From the IMG/VR virus record IMGVR_UViG_3300030372_003757, positions 1 through 39,873 of that record: a stretch of DNA of 39,873 nt; one strand, written 5' to 3'. This DNA is from a virus. Taxonomy: Duplodnaviria > Caudoviricetes. Shown one piece after another: positions 18,401-26,615 of the stretch. Within the stretch, counting starts at the first letter, position 1; each line of letters opens with the position of its first letter. The notes below the pieces were generated by a model that was given only the letters and a program-made list of their open reading frames with translations, was not told where the DNA came from and ran no database searches. The position numbers and the translations under genes are program-made.

Positions 18401-20402
18401 TTTGAAGCATTCCCCAATGCTGCAAAGAGCCACCTTGTTTGTATTGCCACCGTGCTCTTTTTTCTGCAATTCTTTGAATTGTTTCTGGGTCGTCCAATAC
18501 TGGACTAAGCTCTAGTTTCCATTGCCCCTTGTCTCTTTTAATGTCAACAACTTCAAAGGTTAAAGACCCCCCTCCAGCGACTTTGACTTGTATTGTGTCC
18601 CCAGGGTTCGTTTCTTTGGCCTCAAGTTCCCCAACCCCTTCTTCTTCTTCTTCGGTCAAGCCTCTCCCGCTTTCAAACTCATCTTCTGGGTCAACATAAA
18701 ACTCTGGGTTGTCGTCTTTTATTTCCTCTTTCCGCTGCATTCTGCTCACAAGGGCCCTGCCCCCCACGGCTCCGGCACCTACCATCCATCGCCCTTGCGG
18801 GCCAGAAGTCCATTTTCTGCTTTCAATGTTTAGGCGTTTTGTTGCATTGTTTAATGCGCGAGCTATGTCTTCACTAGAGTATTCCGCCCAATCATCAAGA
18901 GGCTTTTCTATCTGTAACCGAAATTCTTCTTCATTTCGGTAGTTTCCTGTTATTGCTTCTCTTGCGGCATCTGTTTCCGCAAGCGCGTCTTTTCGCGCAA
19001 GCCGCCTTTCGTGAAGACCGGGCCCTTCTTCGCCCCCAAAGCCTGCGGCTTCTGGCGGGTGGCCCATTTTCATGTATTCTTCGTCTGTTAAAGGTGCTTC
19101 CTTTGCCCCAGGGGGAAGGATACCGGCACCTCCTAAACGAGCAGCTAAGCCAAGGTCCCCGGCAGATGCACCTGGGTCTTTTGGGGCAAGTGGCCGATCA
19201 GGCGCGAACGGGATTTGAAGTGGATCAGGGATGCGGTCCCATGTAGGCGTAAGCCCCATCTTTTTCAATGCTTCTTCTTGCTGAGCAGGGTCTACGGAAA
19301 GCGCTTGATAAAATGATGACGGGAGGCGGTCTGGGGAAACGGGGTCGTAAGCAAAGTCTGACGGAATTAACAATGCTTTTACCGTAGGAACGATTGCGTC
19401 CGGTGTGGTTGCTTTAATTGAACCAACAGTAATGTATTCTCTATGGCCTTTTTTCCCCGCCTCAGAGCCCATAGACCATTCAAACAAATTATCAAACTGC
19501 GTTTTGCCTATAGTATAGGTAACAAGGGGAACCCTTTGGACAAACCTGCTGTCCATCGCAGACTTAAACGCTTTCTTGGTGAGGTATTCTATTGCGGCTT
19601 CTTCTTCTGTCATCCTTGCGGCAGGAACAGCAAAGCCAGTCGGTCCCTGAGCGTGAACAGCAGACGTACTCCTTCCTGTACCCAGCGGGTCTGCAAGCTG
19701 ATTAAGAAGGGGTCTTTCTTTCGGCGGCGTAAACGCTTCATCCAGCGAGCGCATTGGAGGCGTTACATCCTCAGTGATACCAAGGCGGCGAAAGTAGTCC
19801 CCAACCATTCTTTCAGGAAGCCCGGTTTCTCTTGCAATTTGTTCAAACCGAGGAACAGAGTGGTCATCAAGACCTTCCCTGAATGGTTCTGGGATGACAG
19901 GAGGCTCCGGGTCGCGAGGTGGAAGTTGGCGGGGAGCACCCGGACTTGGAATGTCATCACCTATTCTAAGGGCAATCCCCGGATCATCGCCTATGGCGTC
20001 TGCTGCTGCGGCCCGGCTTCTGGCAAACACCGGCTCTCGCTGCCGCATAGCTTGCCTAACGCCAGGAATTTGAGCGTACTCAGAAGGAGATAGCCTACTT
20101 AGCCCGGCAAACTCATCAAAATCGTCGGCCCTTCGACCAAAAGAATAATAATCAAGACCGCCCTCTACTGCTTCTTGGAGGGGACGACCGTACTTTAATG
20201 CGTGACGACCAGCAAAGGCCATGCCTAGACCGGGAATAGCGGCCATACCAGCCAATCCCGCGCCAAGTAAATCGCCCCGATAAAGAGAAACACCGGCATC
20301 AGCTAAATCCGCAGCAATCCCCACCGGCCCAGGGATGAAACCCGCACCAGCAAGACTTAACTGCAGTTCATCTAGTTGCTGCTGGTTGTAGTATGCCATC
20401 AC
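15405..20402 (-). CDS. Large polyvalent protein: pre-toxin TG-like N-terminus + AlkB-like 2OG-Fe(II) dioxygenase + SLOG (YpsA/putative molybdenum carrier-like) + ASCH domain
   Basis: N-terminus LAGAGFIPGPVGIAADLADAGVSLYRGDLLGAGLAGMAAIPGLG; AlkB motifs NSALINVY, PHVD, THAI, SITLR (~16710-17380); SLOG motifs KIISGGQDGAD, RTAMNIVNSDAT, LNIAGNRE (~16030-16475); ASCH-like GIRTSTTR...GEII...ETEGW (~15405-15700). Confidence 0.8.
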   Translation of the reverse strand: MMAYYNQQQLDELQLSLAGAGFIPGPVGIAADLADAGVSLYRGDLLGAGLAGMAAIPGLGMAFAGRHALKYGRPLQEAVEGGLDYYSFGRRADDFDEFAGLSRLSPSEYAQIPGVRQAMRQREPVFARSRAAAADAIGDDPGIALRIGDDIPSPGAPRQLPPRDPEPPVIPEPFREGLDDHSVPRFEQIARETGLPERMVGDYFRRLGITEDVTPPMRSLDEAFTPPKERPLLNQLADPLGTGRSTSAVHAQGPTGFAVPAARMTEEEAAIEYLTKKAFKSAMDSRFVQRVPLVTYTIGKTQFDNLFEWSMGSEAGKKGHREYITVGSIKATTPDAIVPTVKALLIPSDFAYDPVSPDRLPSSFYQALSVDPAQQEEALKKMGLTPTWDRIPDPLQIPFAPDRPLAPKDPGASAGDLGLAARLGGAGILPPGAKEAPLTDEEYMKMGHPPEAAGFGGEEGPGLHERRLARKDALAETDAAREAITGNYRNEEEFRLQIEKPLDDWAEYSSEDIARALNNATKRLNIESRKWTSGPQGRWMVGAGAVGGRALVSRMQRKEEIKDDNPEFYVDPEDEFESGRGLTEEEEEGVGELEAKETNPGDTIQVKVAGGGSLTFEVVDIKRDKGQWKLELSPVLDDPETIQRIAEKRARWQYKQGGSLQHWGMLQTPGEYASAGDRYPIPVVEKMQRVVENANSVESQMHALSQFSTEELEQIVMAIKTTNVTQRILNKETKVWELPDKDKRTKVPADVPRALAALLDKRKAVLLHLENTPFAALDDSIKDDFAQAMISFSRAVGVHQGRVGAPLTAPGEREYKRREEDLYGGASVQEVSPEQANRQNVREINELEEKLSLAMLQDPGSIVSETAKRNIAGQIEERKRLIRQRGSERELDEKKKILSTVVLPILARYGIKPESPPEELVDALHDGADTADLIDPHSAEYEHMAGRATPFRGEGQAAGAFAPKYIEERREKIKIDPQRFNPQRVKHSRDQEVAVTLPDGTQSAPPVGGLSKHEGVFSQQEIAGMEKEIRWLIANKDKFAATNTVIQTGSKARKNQRTQINFGYFYSYGNLKSVTGGTFPKGVQDPTKVAVEPMPTWLNQVIDRLIATGAISEDQRPNSALINVYPKDSGSIPPHVDHVPSFDRPITTIRLGAPAVMSFGYAYTGKDGKGATEKKNAKPQPKSKVSTPFDVPLGVGDVHIMAAEVANKVTHAIFADGVSAGESFSITLRQIHPDLPENPGQSYFEGGAGAPAQAPNIAAHQLGTTMALGAGLPGPNPVADFYADPLGNISTKPQPPPTLTPPGAGVPPGVTKIISGGQDGADQMGIRIGQQLGLKTGGVAPSGFATSSGAAPWLQEVGLREVSQEEVDTYVGGKDKKYGPRTAMNIVNSDATFLFTRKNRKNSPGARLTRSLARKERKPLLEIGEYDSVESIKKKVSGFMARHPGIQTLNIAGNREFTGPEDLDEGTLTAMGKQKADNARAGARKRENIMRTAINAAQAGVPMASYREYEEGAGAMHPIGRDPFRELMGLPKKPAPRRKLGEHTKKPKEKFKVHTMSYKMYSDKNVTGRYTNTLDLAKRGIRTSTTRSFPLGEVGEIIRFRGTPRGEVDPTDFVITGTHQITQELFDNPAFWSRLSETEGWTEEWLRNSKMIKVGNWITTYEKVK

Positions 20403-21586
20403 CCACTCACACTAGGCGTAACGATTGCCTGGATGCCACGGTTATACATAGCTGGTGGAACCCATGCCTGCTCAACTGTTGCTTCCGCTTCGCCCGCAAT
20501 GCGTATCGCCTCCATATACCACTGATGTAGCTCTTGCGGTGGAGACTCCGCATTGCGGCGCGAAAGGGAAAGTTTCCATTCGCACCCGCGAAGGAAAGGC
20601 TCAATCATCGTAGGTCGAAGGTCTAAAGGATCAGATACAACGTACTTAGCGCCTGAGTGATTAACGGACGGAGCCGAATCAACAGTTACTTGAGTTGCAC
20701 TGCTGTAAGCCGTAATAATTTTCTGGTCTTTCCACGGATTTAATCCACGTATTCCAGTTGGCTTTGTCGTACCGTCAGACCCAAACCTAATAACAGAACC
20801 AACCATGTCTGCGTTAAAGTAATTGCCAGACGCAGTAACAGTAGTGCCGCTACTGCCTACTGTGCCAGTAGAGCTGTCGCTGTACTTTAATCGTCGGGGG
20901 AATCGCCGGTAAAAGAATCGAAGCCCCTCTGCTTCGTTAGGTTCGTATTGAACGTACATCGCCATTTGCCCGTACCTATTAGGGTCAGGGCCAAGGGCAT
21001 ACCAGCGAGGTGGGTTAGACGATGCCCGAATGTGTCGCTCGAAAGCCATGATGCTATCAAGAGAGACAGGACGCTGGTTGAAGTAGCTGTTCTCCGTATG
21101 TGGCGGGTCCATGTCCTTGAAGTCGGCAGGCAAAGTATATCGTGATCGCAGCCATGCGTATGACGTAGAAGCTGCTATGTCTGCGCCGGGGTTAGCGCTT
21201 TCTGGCAAAGTCACAACAGTACCGCTTACCCTAGTGTCAACGGGATAGCGAACGTCGTTTATTTTAATTCGACCGTCTGTAACATTTGTCGGCCAAGTGC
21301 CACCACTCAGGGTTAGCTGCCTTTCGTTTGTTCCTCCGGTGTGGTCGTAAGCAATCGTTCCCGTTGAATACTGAGGTTCTAGCCGAATGTCATGCTCGGT
21401 GTGGAAATACAGCCAATCGTACCGGCTGGCTAAGTCTGAGTACGCCCCAAGAACTGCAGAACGAAAGTCGCGGCGTTCGGAGTCCATTGCGCCGCCAAGA
21501 GTATGAGCTTCTAAATGCTCAAGTGCGTCTTGATAAGTAAAGAGGTCGGGCGTAGCGGCTTGGTATAACCGTGTGTATTCGGCCAC
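20399..21586 (-). CDS. Head-to-tail adaptor (tail tubular protein A; P22 gp4 / T7 gp11-like) with inserted beta domains
   Basis: Helical N-terminus then YDWLY, RYTLPADF, PRWYAL, LRFFYRR and a helical C-terminus typical of podoviral adaptors; position upstream of the nozzle. Confidence 0.7.
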   Translation of the reverse strand: MAEYTRLYQAATPDLFTYQDALEHLEAHTLGGAMDSERRDFRSAVLGAYSDLASRYDWLYFHTEHDIRLEPQYSTGTIAYDHTGGTNERQLTLSGGTWPTNVTDGRIKINDVRYPVDTRVSGTVVTLPESANPGADIAASTSYAWLRSRYTLPADFKDMDPPHTENSYFNQRPVSLDSIMAFERHIRASSNPPRWYALGPDPNRYGQMAMYVQYEPNEAEGLRFFYRRFPRRLKYSDSSTGTVGSSGTTVTASGNYFNADMVGSVIRFGSDGTTKPTGIRGLNPWKDQKIITAYSSATQVTVDSAPSVNHSGAKYVVSDPLDLRPTMIEPFLRGCEWKLSLSRRNAESPPQELHQWYMEAIRIAGEAEATVEQAWVPPAMYNRGIQAIVTPSVSG

Positions 21587-21613
21587 GGAGGCATCCCTTT
21601 ATGTTAGGGCTGC

Positions 21614-21841
21614 TCACTCTGGCGAAGCCATTTTGTGCCGCAGCCATTTTACGTCATTGCGTATTTCAATTAGGATGTCCTCGTTGCTATCAACATCCTT
21701 TTTAATAGCTTTTATGTCTTCTTCGTGCTTGTCTAGTTGGTGCTGGCTTACTCCATAGCTAGCACTGATTGATGCCAGCACGAACAGGATAGTCACGATA
21801 AATCCCACGGCTTCACCGTTAATGTGCTGATACCATTTCAT
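21614..21841 (-). CDS. Small single-TM coiled-coil membrane protein (holin-like)
   Basis: Hydrophobic stretch AVGFIVTILFVLASISASYGV followed by a heptad coiled coil ending EIRNDVKWL. Confidence 0.5.
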   Translation of the reverse strand: MKWYQHINGEAVGFIVTILFVLASISASYGVSQHQLDKHEEDIKAIKKDVDSNEDILIEIRNDVKWLRHKMASPE

Positions 21842-21843
21842 TG

Positions 21844-22254
21844 TTATTCTTCGTAGTATGTAATTGAACCGTCAATATAAACATTTGCCCCTGAAACGGA
21901 ACCTGTTCTGGTGTCAGTTACAGTAAGGTTAAGTGCTTCACCGGCAGCGGTTTTGAAATGTCCTTCCGGGACAGGCATTAGAGTCAACGATGCAGAGGTA
22001 TTGTCATTTGTCATTTCCCCGGTAATTGCAGTAGAACCTGATTTCCACTGCGTCCTAAAGGCAACGGTTCCAAACGCAAACATAATCCTGTAAGCAACAA
22101 TAGACACCACCACAATCTTCTTGCCTGGAACTGCGGCAATAATTTCAGTAGTGGTGCTAGCTGGGTTTAAGTCCTCGTCTGCCTCGACCATTGTAGTTAA
22201 GTCAATAACTTTCGACTTAACTTCCTTGTCGGCAATGCTTGAAATGGTTTCCAC
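21844..22254 (-). CDS. Small beta-rich virion protein, paralogue of 22257..22622
   Basis: Track ORF 21844..22281; likely GTG start at 22254 after GGAG and the upstream stop; shares KKIVVV / ITGEM / GHFKTAAGE.LN / YYxE with its neighbour. Confidence 0.6.
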   Translation of the reverse strand: METISSIADKEVKSKVIDLTTMVEADEDLNPASTTTEIIAAVPGKKIVVVSIVAYRIMFAFGTVAFRTQWKSGSTAITGEMTNDNTSASLTLMPVPEGHFKTAAGEALNLTVTDTRTGSVSGANVYIDGSITYYEE

Positions 22255-22256
22255 TT

Positions 22257-22622
22257 TTACTCCAAGTAGTAATTGATCCATCCTCCAATGTTGGTGGAGG
22301 CACTGCCTGCTGGCACTATGTTCAAGTCCTCCCCTGCGGCAGTCTTGAAGTGACCGTCTGGATTATAGTTTCCCTTGATCCATGCGTTTGCCGTAGTCAG
22401 CATGTCACCCGTAACTTTTGTAGTGTTGCTCTTAAAAGACAAGCCAACGCTGCCGCTTTGGGTAAAGAAGAAAGCTACTACAACAATCCTCTTGCTGGAT
22501 TCATTCGGATGCAAGGCCGAAATATCCAAGACCGTATAGGCATCAGATGCACTACTCCACGATTTACTAATAACCGCCGAGTAAACCTCCCTCGGTGCTA
22601 TGTCACGCAATCCTGCGCCCAT
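22257..22622 (-). CDS. Small beta-rich virion protein
   Basis: 121 aa with AGGAG SD; motifs KRIVVV, VTGDM, GHFKTAAGEDLN, INYYLE. Confidence 0.6.
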   Translation of the reverse strand: MGAGLRDIAPREVYSAVISKSWSSASDAYTVLDISALHPNESSKRIVVVAFFFTQSGSVGLSFKSNTTKVTGDMLTTANAWIKGNYNPDGHFKTAAGEDLNIVPAGSASTNIGGWINYYLE

Positions 22623-22640
22623 AATAAGTCTCCTTGATTA

Positions 22641-23216
22641 TTAGGCGAAGAACGCTGCGCCGGTTCCATTCTCGGTCTTTGCAGCCATTACTCCCTGCAC
22701 AGCCCACACTAACTTTGCACCACCGCTTGCTGCTACATTTCCGGTAAGAATTGCAGTTACAGTTACCCAAGAACCAAGCGAACCACCGGCGTTGTTTAGG
22801 TCGTCGTCAAACTTGATTGTGGTCGTAGTCCCACCTGGAACGGCCAGAGCTTTTCCTCCGGTAGACCCGTCTGTTTTTGCGCCATCAAAAAGGTTTGCAA
22901 CAGCACCAACGTAGTAATCGTTGTCGTATGCAGTGACGATTGACCGCAAGTTGTTGCTTACTACAGTTTCAATAAATGTAAACGTAGTGCCAATGTCGCT
23001 AGCAGTGATTTCTGGGAGCGTAATTGTATAGGCTTCGTTTTCATCGAGAAGAACGTATGCTCCACTTTCCTCTACCGTTAAGGTTCGTGCAGTGTTGTCG
23101 TCGGACGACTGGCGAATAACCTTTTTTTCAAGGACGTTTTTGATTTCCGTGTAAGCACTAGGCTCGGTAAGGGCCGATTCCAATGCCAGCTTGGATACAG
23201 CAGATAACTCAGTCAT
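22641..23216 (-). CDS. Putative minor structural (fibre/decoration-like) protein
   Basis: RTLTVEESG...YTITLP...GTTFTFI pattern seen in short phage fibre domains; GGAGG SD upstream. Confidence 0.5.
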   Translation of the reverse strand: MTELSAVSKLALESALTEPSAYTEIKNVLEKKVIRQSSDDNTARTLTVEESGAYVLLDENEAYTITLPEITASDIGTTFTFIETVVSNNLRSIVTAYDNDYYVGAVANLFDGAKTDGSTGGKALAVPGGTTTTIKFDDDLNNAGGSLGSWVTVTAILTGNVAASGGAKLVWAVQGVMAAKTENGTGAAFFA

Positions 23217-23230
23217 GGGTTAAAACCCTC

Positions 23231-23773
23231 CTATTGTTTGTCGTATGGCTTAGCGCCATGCTTGTCTAAAATTTCGTTACGCAACTGTTCTTTTGGTTTT
23301 ATTGCTTCTTCGGGGTTTTCTGCAATCCTCATTGCAGCTTCCTCTTGCACCAAATCCTCTCCAAGCCTTACTGTTTTTGCCGGTTCTTTTCTGCTTCTGC
23401 GAACTGTTACATCGCCTTCGCAGGCGCGGTCAGTGGACTCACAAACTTTTTTAATATGGCTTTTTGGGCTACCGGGCGGTACAAAGGCCAACGGATCGCC
23501 CGGAAATCTAGCCAAAGTGGGAATGTATGTATCATTTGGGCTCGGCTTGTACCCCAATTTCTTTGCCTTGTCTGTAACTGCTTTTAGCTGCCTATCGTCG
23601 CCCTCAAACTGTTTATCCAGTGTACCATGATTCGCTAAAAACTGTGCATCAGTCCTGATTGAAGGCATTTTCCGGTTATCTAGCACCTCCCGCATCCTAG
23701 ATTCAGGCGGGGGGGAGTCGTCGCAGTTGATATACTTTCCGTCAACTATCCGTGCTATTGTCTTGCTTTTCAT
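23231..23773 (-). CDS. Hypothetical protein downstream of portal
   Basis: 180-aa charged ORF filling the gap, overlapping the portal end by 32 nt; start uncertain. Confidence 0.5.
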   Translation of the reverse strand: MKSKTIARIVDGKYINCDDSPPPESRMREVLDNRKMPSIRTDAQFLANHGTLDKQFEGDDRQLKAVTDKAKKLGYKPSPNDTYIPTLARFPGDPLAFVPPGSPKSHIKKVCESTDRACEGDVTVRRSRKEPAKTVRLGEDLVQEEAAMRIAENPEEAIKPKEQLRNEILDKHGAKPYDKQ

Positions 23774-26615
23774 CGCTTAACTTCCTCTGTTGCTGCTGCT
23801 GTTGACGAGCCTTTTGGACTGCTTCAAACCTTTGAACTTTGGCCTTTTCTTCGGCCTCCCTAATTGATATTTTCGCCTGAGTATCAGCTTTTTGGATTTC
23901 TATTTCTTCTTGCCTACCAGCACTTAATGCTTCAAGAAGGGTTTCTCTCTCTGCCTTTTCAGCATCAATCTGCATACCAAGAGTGTGTTTTTCAGAATCC
24001 TGGAGCATATCCGCTTCATGTTTTTCTTGAGCAATAGCCAAATCGTGCGCAAGCTCTTGGTTGTCCCGTCGCTCTTTAGAATCGGCCTCAGAGTCGTTTT
24101 GCTCCTGCTGGCTTCTTCTGATTTCCATTTCAAGCTGATGGGCTTCGTACCTAGTCTTGGCCAACTGCTCCGCTTCCTGGCGACGAATTTCACCTTGAAG
24201 TTGCGTAAGCTGTATTTTGACAGCATCAAGCTCTGCTTTTGCCGCTGCCTGCTGCTGGGCGGTCTGGGCTTTTGCCATATCAGCCTGGGCTTTAATCTGC
24301 ATATTTTGCAGGTTAGCCTGACTTGCGGCTTGCTGGGCCTGCGTTTTAAGCTGCTCTTGCTGGGCTTTGGCTTGAAGCAGTTGCATTTGAAGCTCGAACT
24401 GCTGCTTCTGCGCTTGCTGCTGTGCTTGGGCCGCAGCCTGTTGCTCTGGTCCTGGCTGCGGTGGTGTTCGAGGGCCAATTTGGAAATCGTCCATATCCTG
24501 GTCTATGGATTTACCCCACTTGGACAACAGCTTGTTAAGCGGCCCTGTGTCGGATGTAGTGTCTGCATGTTTACTAAATTCGGGCATCGCTACACTCATC
24601 ACCTGAGCCATGTTGCTTGCTTCTCGCTCTTTGTTCGGCTTACGCACGCTATTTGCGGTAACGTGGCACTCAACCTCCCTTACGGTTTCTTCAACCGGAG
24701 CATTGACAATGAATTGGTCCCATAGCTGAGCTTCTTGCTGGCCCAAAATTGTAGATACGTCTTTAGACTCTATGGCCCACCGAGCAACCATCTTCTCCTG
24801 CCTAGCACACTGCTCCATCCAATGCTCAACCTGCTTGGCCATGTGGTCTGGCCGGATGTTCATTTGGGCGCGTTTTGTTTCTGCGTCAGCCGCGCTTCGG
24901 CTTTGATGAGCGGTCATGCCATATAAAAGCTCCGAGAGGCCAACCCGCTTCTCGAATAGCTCCGTAAGCATTGTTATGACCTGCCACATATCCGCTTTCA
25001 TCTGGGGCTGCTGGACCCACTGGACGACTTTGTTTATGTCTCCATATATTTCCTTGACCGGGAAAACGGTCATGTCTTGACCCTTTTTCAGCCATTTTTC
25101 TACATCCTTTTGTGCGCTTTGAAGCACCGCAATAAAATCACGGCTAGAAGACCACGTTCTGTTTACGATGTGGGAAACCAATACGTTCAAGGTAATCAGC
25201 TCTCCGAGCCCAGGCTCCAAAGGAGCGATGGGCCAAGCGGAGGTCTGAGGGTCCTTGTCGGGAACTCTGTGCCAATAATCAAGACAAACAACCGGCCATC
25301 TGTCGTCTTTCCAGAACGGGTACTCCCATTCAAGCATTTTGTTGATTTCTTCCGACGAAGCAGAGGAAACTTTTTCTGGCGGTGCGTTTAATGGATAATG
25401 CACGTTCGGCGCAACGACAATCCGAGCATAATCACCAACCTTTTCAAACGCATCGTGATATTCGCTTTTTAGACCCGCCAGCCTGTGCCCAGCACCGGCT
25501 TTTGACCAAATCTCGTAATAGGTGATTGTGTCGTGGGTTTTCCCCATAGCACGGTCATTGTTCCCAAGGTCTTGGGTAAATCGTTCGCCAAAGCTGCTTC
25601 GCCTTTCATAAGTAGCCGCAGAGTGAAGCCTTCCTTCAAGGCCAAACTTCCTTTCTACATACCACACTGGCTGGGTTCTTTTTACCGCCATCCACCAGCA
25701 CTCATTCGGCCCCAGCCCGGTTGCGTCGGGATCAAGAAATAAATCGTCAACCGATATGTAGCTGCATCCAGTAAGCATCGTTTTGCTTCCTGGCATCTTG
25801 TACGCCTCCGGCATAAGGCAACCGCGACCTTTAACAAGAGACTCCGTAATGGCCTTCATGGCCGCAGTCTCTAAGCCGCCGCCCGGCTGTTCGCTGGGGG
25901 TGTAATTTAGCCAATGCTCCATAAGAGAGGCCCGAATAGACCTTTGCTGCTCTTGGGTTTTTTGCGCCTGGACAGCAGACTCAAAAGCCTGCTGGGCTTG
26001 CTGCTGTTGCTGCTGTTGCTGCTGCAACTGTTGCATTTGCTGCTGCAACTGCTGGAGCTGCTGCTGAGCCTGCATTGCTTGCGGGTTTTGCTGCATCAGC
26101 ATTTGCTGGGCTTGCTCAGGCGGTATTCCCTGTTGCTGTGCTTGTTGCAACTGCTGCTGCATAGGGGCCATTGCCTGTTGCGCAGCTTGCTGTGCTTGCT
26201 GCAACTGCTGTTGCAACTGCTGCAACTGCTCACCTACCTGTTTTTGCAAAACGGGATTTACGCCAAAAAGCTCAGGGACTAAATCCATGTGCTTTCTTGC
26301 AGTAAGCATTCTCTGCGGGTTCTGCCAATAAAGCGTTGGACCGTAAATAGAAACAAGTTCAAACGCTTTATTGAGAGTCACATGAAAGTTGGGTGAAACA
26401 TCAGTGCCAAGAAACTTTCTGCGGAAATCAGGCTCCCACATAAAAGAAACCGAAGCCTGAAAAAACGCGGTGCATTGCTCAGATACTTCGTCAAAATGGC
26501 TCTTGGCCTGCTTGGCCAACTCAATCTTAGAAAGCCACCCGGTTGTTATCTGGCGAAGCGCATCCTCTAGCTTAGACTTTGGCTTGCCGGTCCCTGGCTC
26601 TGTGCTCGTAATCAT
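23742..26615 (-). CDS. Portal protein (P22-like, C-terminal coiled-coil barrel) with polyQ insertion
   Basis: 957 aa shortly after TerL; portal-like segments (ESLVKGRG, DLFLDPDA, YYEIW, PIAPL, FEKRVGLSELLYG..SAADA) and a long Q/A/E-rich C-terminal coiled coil. Confidence 0.85.
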   Translation of the reverse strand: MITSTEPGTGKPKSKLEDALRQITTGWLSKIELAKQAKSHFDEVSEQCTAFFQASVSFMWEPDFRRKFLGTDVSPNFHVTLNKAFELVSIYGPTLYWQNPQRMLTARKHMDLVPELFGVNPVLQKQVGEQLQQLQQQLQQAQQAAQQAMAPMQQQLQQAQQQGIPPEQAQQMLMQQNPQAMQAQQQLQQLQQQMQQLQQQQQQQQQAQQAFESAVQAQKTQEQQRSIRASLMEHWLNYTPSEQPGGGLETAAMKAITESLVKGRGCLMPEAYKMPGSKTMLTGCSYISVDDLFLDPDATGLGPNECWWMAVKRTQPVWYVERKFGLEGRLHSAATYERRSSFGERFTQDLGNNDRAMGKTHDTITYYEIWSKAGAGHRLAGLKSEYHDAFEKVGDYARIVVAPNVHYPLNAPPEKVSSASSEEINKMLEWEYPFWKDDRWPVVCLDYWHRVPDKDPQTSAWPIAPLEPGLGELITLNVLVSHIVNRTWSSSRDFIAVLQSAQKDVEKWLKKGQDMTVFPVKEIYGDINKVVQWVQQPQMKADMWQVITMLTELFEKRVGLSELLYGMTAHQSRSAADAETKRAQMNIRPDHMAKQVEHWMEQCARQEKMVARWAIESKDVSTILGQQEAQLWDQFIVNAPVEETVREVECHVTANSVRKPNKEREASNMAQVMSVAMPEFSKHADTTSDTGPLNKLLSKWGKSIDQDMDDFQIGPRTPPQPGPEQQAAAQAQQQAQKQQFELQMQLLQAKAQQEQLKTQAQQAASQANLQNMQIKAQADMAKAQTAQQQAAAKAELDAVKIQLTQLQGEIRRQEAEQLAKTRYEAHQLEMEIRRSQQEQNDSEADSKERRDNQELAHDLAIAQEKHEADMLQDSEKHTLGMQIDAEKAERETLLEALSAGRQEEIEIQKADTQAKISIREAEEKAKVQRFEAVQKARQQQQQQRKLSDEKQDNSTDS
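25940..26250 (-). repeat. CAG/CAA-rich low-complexity tract encoding polyglutamine inside the portal
   Basis: Plus strand tgc/tgt triplet runs; protein QLQQLQQQLQQAQQ...QQQQQQQQQAQQ. Confidence 0.85.

Noticed and set aside
15405-20402. Classical polymorphic toxin-immunity pair
   Set aside because: C-terminal domains are not recognised toxin tips, and the small downstream ORF looks like a nozzle fragment rather than an immunity protein.
23985-26282. Leu-rich plus-strand ORFs (246 aa and 122 aa) that look membrane-like
   Set aside because: Reverse-complement artefacts of CAG/CAA-rich portal codons.
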